Positions 50,341-62,500 of a stretch of 64,000 bases of DNA are shown here, piece after piece. Numbering within the stretch: the first letter of the stretch is position 1; each line of letters begins with the position of its first letter. Below the pieces are notes generated by a model. It was not told the DNA's origin, ran no database searches, and saw nothing but the letters and a program-made list of their open reading frames with translations. The stretch comes from Fimbriosthenelais zetlandica. Taxonomy: Eukaryota. The translations under genes were made by a program, and so were the position numbers. The DNA is taken from positions 21,390,001-21,454,000 of the forward strand of contig OZ365112.1 of assembly GCA_977030845.1 (NCBI GenBank), written 5' to 3'.

Positions 50341-53300
50341 TCTCACGCTGGCGTACAAGAAATTGTGGTACACGACATCTGCTATGATTGAGCAGGTGTA
50401 TAACAAATTGCCCTGACTATGGTGTGGGATATAATCCCAAAAGTTGATCATATTAGACCCAAAACACAACTCATGTAAGAGATAGGCCAGAAGACACACA
50501 ACACACAGAATGACAATGAAGCGAAAATCGTTTAAGCGATTGCCCCACTGAATCAGGTGTGTATAATAAGAAATTGGCCACATTGCGTGTGTTCCAGAAA
50601 CCCATCAATTGTGAATGTCTCCTTGCTAAAAGCGATATTCGCTTCCTCAAACAAAGTCTGCTTCCAAAAGCGATTTCGGCGAGCAGAAAATGCGTGCGTT
50701 GCAGAAACCAATTGCTCGCGCATTTCTGCGTGTCAAAATTATGTAAAATCCTATTAGGCGTTGGCGAATCGAGCAGATCTGCAAAGTGACTTTAACTTGT
50801 GAAGTATCTGAGTGTGAACACAACTTTTTAAGTGCATCACAAAGAAGTATGCAAGAAGCTCCATTAAATAATCCATGAAAATCTATACATAACTCTATTG
50901 CATGCTCGAAATAACCTTTATACTGAGACTCAGAAAAAGACACACCCATGTAGTTTGTATGGGTAAAACACTTCAACCTTTGTAGGAGCTCCACCCATGC
51001 TTGTTTTAACATTAAGAAACACATTTGATATGTTTCTATTGTCAAGTAGTGTAACAAGACACACAGATCAATGTCGCTAAACAAAGGCTTGAAAAACTGG
51101 GAATCTGCCTTGTCTAATTTTAATGTTCTAATTAAAACAGTTGTCAGGGTTCAATTAGGATGATAATCTTACAGTCACAATGTTTGATCTGTCTTTTTGA
51201 TACTTTCCACATTCGTCCCATGACATTAAATCTCAGAGTCATGGAGGTTTTCATTTAGAATCTTCTGCCACTCTCAACATTTTTGTTGTAGTGCAAGTAG
51301 CTAGGGAACATTTAAACAGAAAACTCATTGCAATTATCATGTGACTTGCTGACTTGTCAACATAAAAAAGTGTAAAATTCGCAAGCAGGTCAGCAGATTG
51401 CTTTGCGGAAGGAGAGCGGCCACATTCATGGTAAGGATTGGATTTTCGTGTGGGCTGGGAGCAGGCACGATGATGCTTGCTGGCCACTGTTCAATAAAGA
51501 TCATCGCAGCTCACCTCAAATTATCATCCTTACGACACCACACAGCCAAAAATAAAATGGCATTATTGTGTGAATCGACGGACGCCATGAAGCTGCCAGA
51601 AACATGATATCCTTGTAATTATACTCTCACCACGAACACACCGACACCATGCCCTACAGATTCAGAGACAGGATATCTCAACATCTCAGTTACATGGAAA
51701 CGCCCATCAAATCTTCATCATCTTTTACCTCAGGTATTCTTAGTGTTATACATGTATTCCTTTGATGGGATGCTTGGAACTCCGTAAAAATGAAGGAGAT
51801 CTCGACCTGAGATCAAGAACATATAAAGCCCATGACAAATGACAATTAGAACTATTTAAACGTGCATTCGACAGATTTCTGAGTCTGCAGATCTAGAAAG
51901 GCAATTTGCATCTGCTTAGAGGTGGAATGAACTGATGAAGCATGGCGAGTAGGAACCAATAAGGTGTATTGATTTAACACAATGCCATCATTAAGGGTTT
52001 GCTCACATGGAAGGTAAACCTGTCGCTTAACAGGCGTGTAAACGCTCAATAACAATGGCCAGAGGCGCGAGGAGCTGCAAACATTGGTTCACACTCGTGG
52101 CATATTAGTCTGCACACTCTTAGAAACTCCTTCAATTCAGGATCTCAGAAAAGTGGTCAATGCCGATGTCTTGTGATCTGCCCAATCCTCAACCATTCTC
52201 TATAGCTCATGTAATTAATAAAAAATGTTTTCTATCCATTTCTGCTTTGTCAATACCGTATCTTCCTCTAGTGTACATAAGTCCCGGGCAGATCGATACT
52301 GACCATCTACTAATCTAATGTTTAGTCATTTTTGGCACGGATCCATGCATCATAAAATATGACTGATGTCTTACTTCGTGCTTCCACAGGACCAGAGGGG
52401 TAGTCATAATAGGATAGGTAGACAGGGAGCTTTTTCTGCTAATAGGAAAGGCAGAAAGTCCCATTTTTGACACGATTAATGTCATATAGGGACCTGGAGA
52501 GAGGTCTTGCAGACGTTGTAGGCAGACTCTTTTCTTTTCCCACGATATGTCAACTCTGATGCCCACTTCTTTAAAAAAGTAGAATTTGAGTCTCCGAACA
52601 TTCTAAAAGTCTCTTTCACGGGAAACCTGTCAGTTTTTTTGTGCCAGATCATAGTTGGCAGCAGGGTAAATACATCAATCAATATCCACAATATTATTTT
52701 ATCTCAGAGCAAAATATTTGGGGACATCGTAGTTTCAGCAATATACAATACCTCACATGTACTTTAAGTGGAAAAGGGTGAGAATGAAATACTAAAAGAA
52801 TATAGCCTAGAGGGGGCGTGGTCTGAGAAAGTTCTATGGCTAGCGCCTGCGCAGTGGAATCATTGAGGCAGACGACAATTGGCGGGGTGGGTGAATGATT
52901 GGGGAGAGGTGGTGGTGGGCGGCTAGTGTGTGTGAGTGTGTGTTGGCGGAGCCTGCCTTTAATTTGACCGACTGACGCACCATGTGGATTCTTTTGTGAA
53001 GCAGACAAGCTTGAAGCAGGAGGCAAGCCAGCTCTACGACCAGGAAAAGGACGCCACAATTTGAAACTTAAAAACAAATCTATCACTAATCAATTTAGGT
53101 ATTATTCACCAAAGACTAAGCACTGACATTCACTGGAAGAGATAGCCTCCGAATTGAATTCTAAAGTAACTATTCGCCCCCAAAACATCTGCTTTAAGCA
53201 GGAAAGCACCTTAAAGTGTCTATAAAAGCAAGATCCGGTGTCTCCTGACTGTTTAAAGATCGCATCTGGACCGTTACGATTTCATGGAAAGGTAGCTGTA

Positions 53301-54926
53301 GCCAAACCTTCCCTGCCAGAAGTTTGTTAACACGTGTGGGACAAGGAGAAAGAGGGGAGCCAAGGTAAGTCAATATAGAACAATTCTTATTGTCATAACT
53401 CTTAAATAAGCCGCGGATGCAATTCTTCTTATTAAAGTGGGATTCATTCCAGAACACTTAAAGTCAAAGTGAGGGAATATTAATGGGTGTGGCATAGCTG
53501 AAGGTTTAAAGTTACAATTTCTCGTGGCGGAAGCTCAGAGCTCAGGATATGACATCAAAGGATTGGAACCGCAAGGGAAAGTTCCTGTTGCCGGGGAGAG
53601 GATAACTGATATCGTGCTGGTTATTAAAGTTTTCAAGCAGCTATGTTAATTTGGAATAAAAAATCATAGCAATTTTTCAGCCGTTTAATCAGGGGAACAG
53701 AGAGGTCGACTGACGGATCCGGAAATTCAAATCATTATGAAGTTGATTTGAAAGTTCCTGGCCATTGATGAACTTGTTGTAGTAAAAGACAAACTGTGTT
53801 TTAATGACAATATATTATTGCCCAGTTGCAGGAGAAAATGCAAATAAATTGCAATTGGTATAGATCGGTTGGAACGTATGCTTGCAATATGTAACTTCCC
53901 ACATAGCTTCCCATTCAAAGTTAAATTCAAAATTGTTTAACATAATTCGGTCTGGAGATTGTTCGATATGTTCGAGCACAGACGAAAATAATGATATCTT
54001 ATATCCTATTTCTACAATTCCCAAATACTCAAGTGAATATACTGAGATAACAATGGCTGGCCATCAGGGGAATAAGCCATCGCCAGGCAGGTATGGTACT
54101 GTGTCTCTCCCTCATTTGGAAGCATTATGTTCATTATGAATATAGAAGTCCATATATATATACGGTCTGCTTATAAGCTATGGCTATAATACCATGGGAA
54201 AATGGAGCAACAATATATTTCTTCTTCAATAATGAACTGGCAAATTCAACATTGCTGTGCGACACTGAATAAAGCTGCAGCAGACGGAGGGTAAGTTCTT
54301 TATCCAGGGAGGTTAACATTTTAGCACTTTTCTCCGCACAACTTGTTTTAGGAGAACCCAAGACGGAAGGTAAATTTAATTGAATTTTCCCGTCCCTAGG
54401 AAACATCTTCTCCCTTGGTCATGGCGTGTATTCGGCTTAATCAGGTTTTATCACCAATCACAATGACTCTCACGCACATTAAGATGTCTTCAGAGTATTG
54501 ATTTAATACTTAAATAATTAACAACGATCAGCCGAGCGCCCCTCACTTACGATTTACTGGTAGCTGGCTCATCAAACATCCAGAGATGGTGTAAATTTTG
54601 AATAGGACAAACCTTTGGGGCTACCTTTTATGTCATTTCTCAAACAGTCAACTAATGTTTCCTCACCTACTCTGTTGTCATGGAGTGTTCTCAGACAAGT
54701 AAAGCAAGATAACATTTAGATAAACAATATGCCCCACAGGGTGTAAGTACATGTGTTAAATTTCAATTAAATGTTAACAATGTACCTCTAAAGACCACCC
54801 GCATGGGTTCTAGGAATGCACATATAATGACATTTAAATATCATAGAAAAATAAAGGCATAACGAATTGATAAAAATTTGTTTCCATGAGATTGTACTTA
54901 TAGGGATACATAGTTAAATATATAAT

Positions 54927-54949
54927 TAAAGGTCATAATATGACCTTTA
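54927..54949. promoter_or_regulatory. 23-bp palindrome made of two AAAGGTCA (NBRE-type) nuclear-receptor sites, IR5
   Basis: TAAAGGTCATA-A-TATGACCTTTA, perfect 11-bp arms. Confidence 0.45.
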
Positions 54950-57529
54950 TTCGGCAGAGCCATGTATATTATACAGACCACCAAGTGATACGACTAATGT
55001 GTGCATCCTTTATACAAAGTGAAGGTGAGAGATGACAATATAATATATAGCAGAGCTCTATATACAAATCAAAGTGAAATGGATTTGCTCTCTGTATGGA
55101 GATGCCCAGATAAAAAAATGCATGGTCAATAATGTGGGAAAGGAAAATATGCCTTAAGGCACATTAGCTGTAGTTGCCGTCTAGGTGTGTCCTATTTTCG
55201 GGCTTTCATTTTCTCCATTATCTATTGATTAATATATGTCCCATCGCACTGGCCCCGGGCGAATCTACCGCGCGTTAAGTGTTTCAATTAAGGAGATCAT
55301 CATTTGCTACTCCTTGTTAGCCACTGAACTGCTAGCTTACAGTCATTAGGTGATGTTAGACAACAGCACAGGTTGTCTTAGTATTGCCGGTCTTTATAAT
55401 GCAAACAAATCCCCATTAAATCCCCATGTACATGGATGGGTGTATGGAAGAGCATCCATATTATACTCTCATCATGTCAGCTATAAGGTCTTACATTTTG
55501 TACTCGTCCTAATAAATATGACCTTAAATTTTCTGTATCAGACATACATCTCAAATCGAAATGGTGAATAGAATACCCGAGGGAGCATTTGAGACGTGGC
55601 AGATTTCTATAACACTATGAAGCGGCGCAGATAGTATCGCACTTTAAGCGTTTCTCCACATGTGACCTTTCACAATTAGGTGCCATTCACACCTAGCCAC
55701 TTTACATATATGACTCTCACACGGTGACGTGATCAATACAACACTTTCAGTTTCTATCTCCAGCTTTTCTGCCGAGAGAAACATTACACTCATGGGTCAA
55801 AAGGGCCAGGGCTGTATAAAATCCCTTGCTCCTGCAACCTCTGTATACATGTATACATGTGAGTAAAGAAGCTTATGGGATGATGCCCCCCTCACACATG
55901 TGACCTCCATTCACGAACGTCGGGCTTTTATCCTTCACAATTGAATCAGAGCCAGCGACCTTGTGATTCCATTAGTTAAAGGGATGAGGTGGGGGTATAC
56001 CGGAAGCATCTTACACACACTTGATTTAAAAAAACTACAGTATTGATGTCATTTTGTGTCCTTTCAAATATATTTGTGTGTGGCAGATAAGCTTTCATAT
56101 GCATGCATTGACGTATATAATATACATGTGACAGAGAAGTAAGAATTATTAAAAAAAAATGTGATTGAAAAGGTAAATTGCTCTGTCAGTAAATCTGTAG
56201 ATTAGAACCTGCAGTTGTTGCAATTTCACTTTCATGTGACGCCAATTGCAGCTCTATATACGTCTAAATATCACTAAGGAAGTTCAAATGAACACGTTTT
56301 CCTTTTTATGTTTATCACGTGATAAAAATCAAACTTAAGTTTGACACGGTAATACATTTCCAGGAAATTTCTCTTCCTATTAAATTCAAGTACTTTCTAT
56401 TCAGCTGTCCACCAGTTGGTCACCAGGGTCGGTTGAAAAGAACTAGATCTTCAGTCTGGGACTATTCTCACCCGTGGACCAACAATCAATACTTAGAGCC
56501 CTTATATCTTTTTGTGCTGCACACAGCATTTCACGCATCAAAGCATTTGATGGGACAAAATATATATTATGCATTAATGACACCTTCACACGATAGGCCT
56601 GGTCGAAAATTGAACATATGGCCATTATAACGGACTGAACACTGGTCATATTCAATAATAGATGGATTCAATATCCGCTAATTGAGCCCCTGTTAAATTA
56701 TTGAGAGCAGGCATGATGGTATCTTATATTTTGACCTGTGATAACGAGGAGGAGGCTTCGACGTCAATCATAAAAATTAATTATGTCGCTGACACAATAG
56801 GAAATTGATTTGTAATAATACTTTTTGGCCATTTGGATCAACTATAACAGCAATATGCTATTATGGACGAATCAATCCACTTCTCTCAGATTGCGTCCTC
56901 ATTAAGCAATTAATAAGCATTTGAATACATTAATTTATACGCAATAAACATAATATATCATTGTAGTCATCATAGAGATACTTCAGGTGTTCACTAATTC
57001 CAGACATAATCCATCAAAGTTTATACATGGCCACTCTAGTATTATGGCCTATAATGCTGGGATGCTATAATGTATTTGAAAGTCACTTCTGATACACTGG
57101 AGATGTACATTCAGTACAACAATGCATATAAGGAGAATATTTCTGGCCTTTAGGTGGCTGGTGAACTACTTTCCACTTCCACATCTGCCATACTCTGTAG
57201 TTCAAGAGCTGTAAAATGGAGATTTAGAACTATAATTTGCCAGAGCATTGTGAACATTAGAATACTCCAACTCTTTCTTTGTTGGAAAAATAACATACAA
57301 AGACGCCGTGAGAGCATTTCAATCGCAGGTTTTTACCCTTCATATTTGTGTAATAGTAGTGCAATATATCACACATATTGTGACTTAAAGTCGAATGATG
57401 TATGGTAAATAGAAATGCTACAATGAAAGTCTTTCAGAGTGCTCAATCAGCGAAAACCTTACCCACGTGAGGAGGAGGAGCCTATGGTGCCATAGACCGC
57501 CCCCCGCCCCTCTTAAAGAATCTTAAATA

Positions 57530-57618
57530 GGGAGTGAGGGGTTGGGTTGGGGTTGGGTTGAGGGGGTGGGGGTGAGGGGGTGGTTTGGGTGAGGGTAACT
57601 GAGGGAGTAGAGTTAGGG
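57530..57618 (+). repeat. G-rich low-complexity tract with 12 runs of three or more G (G-quadruplex potential)
   Basis: TTGGG/TGGGGG/AGGG-type units ending in TTAGGG. Confidence 0.8.
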
Positions 57619-59351
57619 ATGATATAAGCTGGGATGATTTAAATAAAAAGGTGAGCAGCATTGGAGTTTTTCTATCGGTTGAGATGCGATCGTCTCGGCA
57701 TATAGTGTATGATGCGGCAGGGGAAGTAATTAAAGAAGTACTCTTGTCCTTGCCTCTCCAGTTCTACTGCCTACGCACTGCGCTAAAAGGCGTGCACAGT
57801 AGTACGACTGCTCACGACTGTACAATCGTACCTATACAGGTACGAGAAGTCGCTTGAAAATAAGCTCTAGTTGGGATTGTGTGAATGATGTACATTGAAA
57901 CATTCATCGTGCTATGTATCTAAGAATACTCACTGAGGTTGCAGTTAATGTAATTATATCAAGTCTTATCCATAGTAAAGATCGGTTGTACTTTATGGAA
58001 AAATTAATTAACTCTGATAAGATTAAAATTTGTTTTCTGCTTCATCAACTGAAGCTGCAAAATGGTGCGGACTTGATAACTGAGTCGTGATGCACATACA
58101 TGTATATGAGAAGGATTTCATGGGAGATTCCACATTGAAGATTATAAACCAACCGCCTGTTATTCATTTCTCCAGTCTGAGCAGTATATCAGTTTGCAAA
58201 CTTTACCTGGCGACAAGAGCCATTTCCATATACTACATGTATTTGGTGCTTAATGAAACACTATATTGGGCGTGGTTCAAGGTTTTTAATCACCTCAAAT
58301 CTCTTTTAATAAAATAATTTAGAAATTTGCCCTTGAAATGTTGTAGCAATTAGTGGAAACATTCTTAAAGCAGGACAAAAATCAACCGAGTCAGAAATCT
58401 GTGCGACATCGGACAAATTTGGCACCGAACACCCACAAATGCAATTAAATCGACCGCAAAGAAAATTGTGTGGTCATGTGCTGAATTACAGCATTGTAAC
58501 TTGAATGAAGGTAATTTCTGAGTCTATTGACTCTTAATTGTGGGCAGAAGGGGGATTGAGCTGGGTCGACCATAGCAATCACTGGTATCTTGTTTTTGAA
58601 TTGGTTTTAATTATTTGAAATAATTAACCAACTGATGTTCATGGGATATAAATATTCCCGTATTTTTAACCAATAGAAATGAACAATCAGTGTCTTCTTT
58701 GAACAATGAATTATGACCCCAATCAAGGCATATTCATGGTTAAATAATCAAAACGATCTGTGAATTAAAAACCTCTTATCCTGACAATGTGCCTTGATTA
58801 TTCCCATCGTGAGCACACCCAATCCTCCCTCCTCCACCCATTGGACTTATCAAATTAACACCTCGGTCAATGATTAATCTTGTCGACAATTAACACCCTC
58901 GCTCTTCAGTCGTGTCAATAAGAGTTATGGTCGCCTGTTTGTTTATGCTCCTCAGTCTTCTGAAAACTCAGTTGAAATGAACAAGCATGGGTAAATACCA
59001 TGCCAAGCGAGGATACATGTGATAGTAACATTGATTGTAAGGGTTGTAGACGGTGTCATTACGAGCTGTGCTTTCTGTCCCTGCATGGATACTACATGTA
59101 TGATGGTAGATTGGGTCATTAATGGGCAGACATTGTTTTCTGCGGTTTCATGCACGGCGGCATTTATAAGAAGGAGGTGTGGGAGGGAACAATATATCTC
59201 ATATAGCTGGCGAGTAAGACATCAATAATATATGAATCTAATCATACAATCTAAGATACATCATAAATATTCCCCCGATAGCCCGCAGTAAGTGTGTAAA
59301 GGTGTAGACCTCTATATAAAAGAATGAAGTAGACCTATAGGTAGGAATATA

Positions 59352-59527
59352 CCGTATTTACCGGAGTATAAGCCGCGACTTTTTTTTTAATTATGGCCTG
59401 CGGTTAATACAAAGAAGCGATTGTTATATTTCTATACAAAGCAGCGGTTTATATATATGGATGTTAACCTGAGCGGCCAGGGGGTGCGGTTTATAGTAAG
59501 GTGCGGTTTATACACCGGTAAATAAGG
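59352..59527. mobile_element. 176-bp MITE, Tc1/mariner superfamily (Tc2/pogo-like CCGTA termini)
   Basis: Left TIR CCGTATTTACCGGAGTATAAGCCGC vs right GCGGTTTATACACCGGTAAATAAGG (22/25 complementary); TA on the left flank, TC on the right; internal GCGGTTTATA subrepeats; no ORF. Confidence 0.8.
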
Positions 59528-62500
59528 TCTGACGCGCCATAACAGAATTATCGCCAAGCTCGCCTTTTCGATCTTTATCACCCATCATCTTAAAGATAAA
59601 CGTACATTTTATCTTAAAACGTCTATTATAACACCTTACATTTATAGAATTAAAAAAACAATACTTAAGGGCCTACAAATTAATCAGAAACAATTACTTA
59701 CATATGTTGAATGTGTCCACCACCTGTAATCTGATTTCAGGAAAATAAATATTAATCACCAAGTAATCAATAGAGCTTGGGGAAACAACTGATTTCATGA
59801 GTCATGAACATAAAAACATGTTTATCAGGATACAAGCATTGTTTTCACCCATTCATTATATATATATGGAAAGGTTCCGCATAGATTCCTATAAATAGAA
59901 GTGGGAATGTCCCACCTATACCCCATTACAAATGTATGGGGAAAATTTGTACATTCGACATTCAAAAGTAGGCATGAGGCAGGTCACCCCATACCCTTCC
60001 TTTTAAATATGAATTGACCCTTTGCCGGATATACCCTCCTTCTTGTTCACAGAGTACTAGGAGCACCTATATAGTGCTATGGGGTCAGTGATCGGTTCCT
60101 CTGGCCTCCGTGCCGAGCAATTCCATGAAAAACATGGAAACAGCCAAGTACAGGGACAAATCCAGCCACCGAAACTTTCATGTGCGAGTTTCAAAGGAAA
60201 ACAATGTAGTGTTATGGATGTTTTAGAAGAGAAATGTTTAGTGTTTGCAGCACTAATTGATACATGTATTCCCTTGAAATTAACTGATTAGCGCTTGATT
60301 CAACAAACAAGGGCCGTCATTAATACCATACCCACGCCTGCTTATAAAACAGCCTCACTCGCCCTCACGCCACCACTTTTTGCTGAATTTAATAATGCAT
60401 CAGAGATGTAACTCACATGTCCTTAACTCAGGGTTTTTCACATGTCCAGCCGGATCTCTAGCCCACTCTAGCGGAATCGTTATAAAAAACTGTCTGAGGG
60501 AGGACTGGACCGACGCTCTCAGTACCAGGGACAAATTAATGGGCTTCAGTTATTATGTCCGACTCTGGTTCACAATTCAATATTTTGAGCCTCCTTTTCA
60601 ATATTTTAAATAAAAAGGATGTCATTCCAAATGTTATATACAGTAATAAATCAATAGCAAATCATGTGGTCAATATTATTTGCGAAACGGAGATTCAGGG
60701 GGATATCATGCACCTTGATTTATTAATGCGTAAATATGAAAATATGAAAACTTCTGCGCAGCTCCTATAACTTTAGTCTTTCGGAGAAAAGACAAAATGA
60801 GGTACCCGAGGGGGGACTGATTGAATGGCCAAAAGGATGGGAGGATCAGGACTTCTCATGATTTTCTTCAATCGTTCTTTCTGCTTTGTGAATCACAAAT
60901 TGAGCCATAATTTGAATGAGCTTTCTTCATATTCCCTGCAGCAATTTAAGACTCAGACAGTCAGAAATTTCAAATTTACATGTTTTTAATGAACATGTTC
61001 AATGAAAACAGGTCAAATAAAATGGCACATTAATGAAAACACGTTTTTTTAATTAAAAAAATGCCCATAAATTTGGAATTTGGTTGGAACACGCGAGTAG
61101 TAGAGGTCAATAAAGGAGGCATTTAATTGCCACTATCACAGGAACAAAAAATATTAGGATATGATAAACACCGTCATCCTAAAACTAATGTGAACTGATC
61201 TCAAATAGCAGTATCTGAATCACTTTGATGGGCTAAGCAGGAGTTGGGGATCTAATCCGATCTACATGTCTATTGGAGAAGTGATACCATCCTGAAATAA
61301 TGTGAAGATCCTGAAGCAACATCAGGTACATTGCATCCAAACGCTGCTCTCCAGAGCGGGTGGGCAGTTTAGCGATTCAAATCATGTTGAAAAGTTTAAG
61401 GTGGCTAATTTATCAGGGGTGACTTAAAAAGTGTTGTGAGAGTTTAATCATTGCTTCAACCCCTCTAGGGACAGACTGCAGCCTGACACTGAGGATGAGT
61501 AAGCTGAACTGAATATTAATTTAGTGTATCGACAATAAAATACCAAGAAACAATAAGGAACCATGAGAGCATTCATATCCCAATGTCCCAATATGAACTG
61601 GTTCTGGTCTGGTATATGTACAGTGGGTATGATAATAGTTAGCATCTCAAATGGCACAGCCTTCAGTGAAGTATGGCATACTGAATGCTTCCAACCTTTT
61701 GCTGTTTCTAAGTGGCCTGTATTCATGGTACACATGCATCTACTATTAATAGAACTGTTGCTCCTCACAATACTTCCTCAACAATCCTCAACTTTTATCC
61801 TACTGAGGCACATTAATTACCTCGGACTTACTTTGATGAACGCAATCATTAAATGAGTTCGTAGGAGAAGCATTTACTGTCATGATTGCCCAAACCTTGT
61901 CATGTCTTCTATTGTAAGAAGTGAAGCTTTTTCAGTGCGTCATTAAACGCACTGCCCCATTACATTACTCCCCACTAAATGAACATCTTACTTGTGCTGG
62001 CGAACCTCTGCCGATTAGGCTCTTGAGAAACACCACGACTGGTGAAGGGGGTAGTCATTAGTAACCTTTTCTTTCTTCCCCTTTACAACTGCCAGTACAA
62101 TGATAGTAGCTTTGAAGCAGACATGACTTATACTTTGAGGACATTTCTAGAGCAGTGAAGGATAATGGTTTGACATCCACCTATACTAGATGATAGAGGT
62201 TGACCCACATTTATGTTTTTAAAAGTGAAATGAAAAGATAAGGTCCCTGAAAGAGGTGGAAGAGGATTTAGAGTGGTCGGCTCATGCCTCTACCTTTTAC
62301 AGGGGTATGTAGTTTAGATGGATTTGAAATATGGAGAATATGGCGAAATGTGAAAGCCTCTCATCCCAACATCAGACGGAAATCATTGTGAGCGAATAAA
62401 GTTAGGTTGCAAACCTCCCATATTTACTGTACTCTGAAGTTATTTTCAGAGATGACACAGGTCCCTATAGGTTTAGAACAAAGTGTACTTAGTAATACAG

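Noticed and set aside
50647-51084. 145-aa minus-strand ORF
   Set aside because: No recognisable family or transposase/RT motifs; composition resembles translated non-coding DNA.
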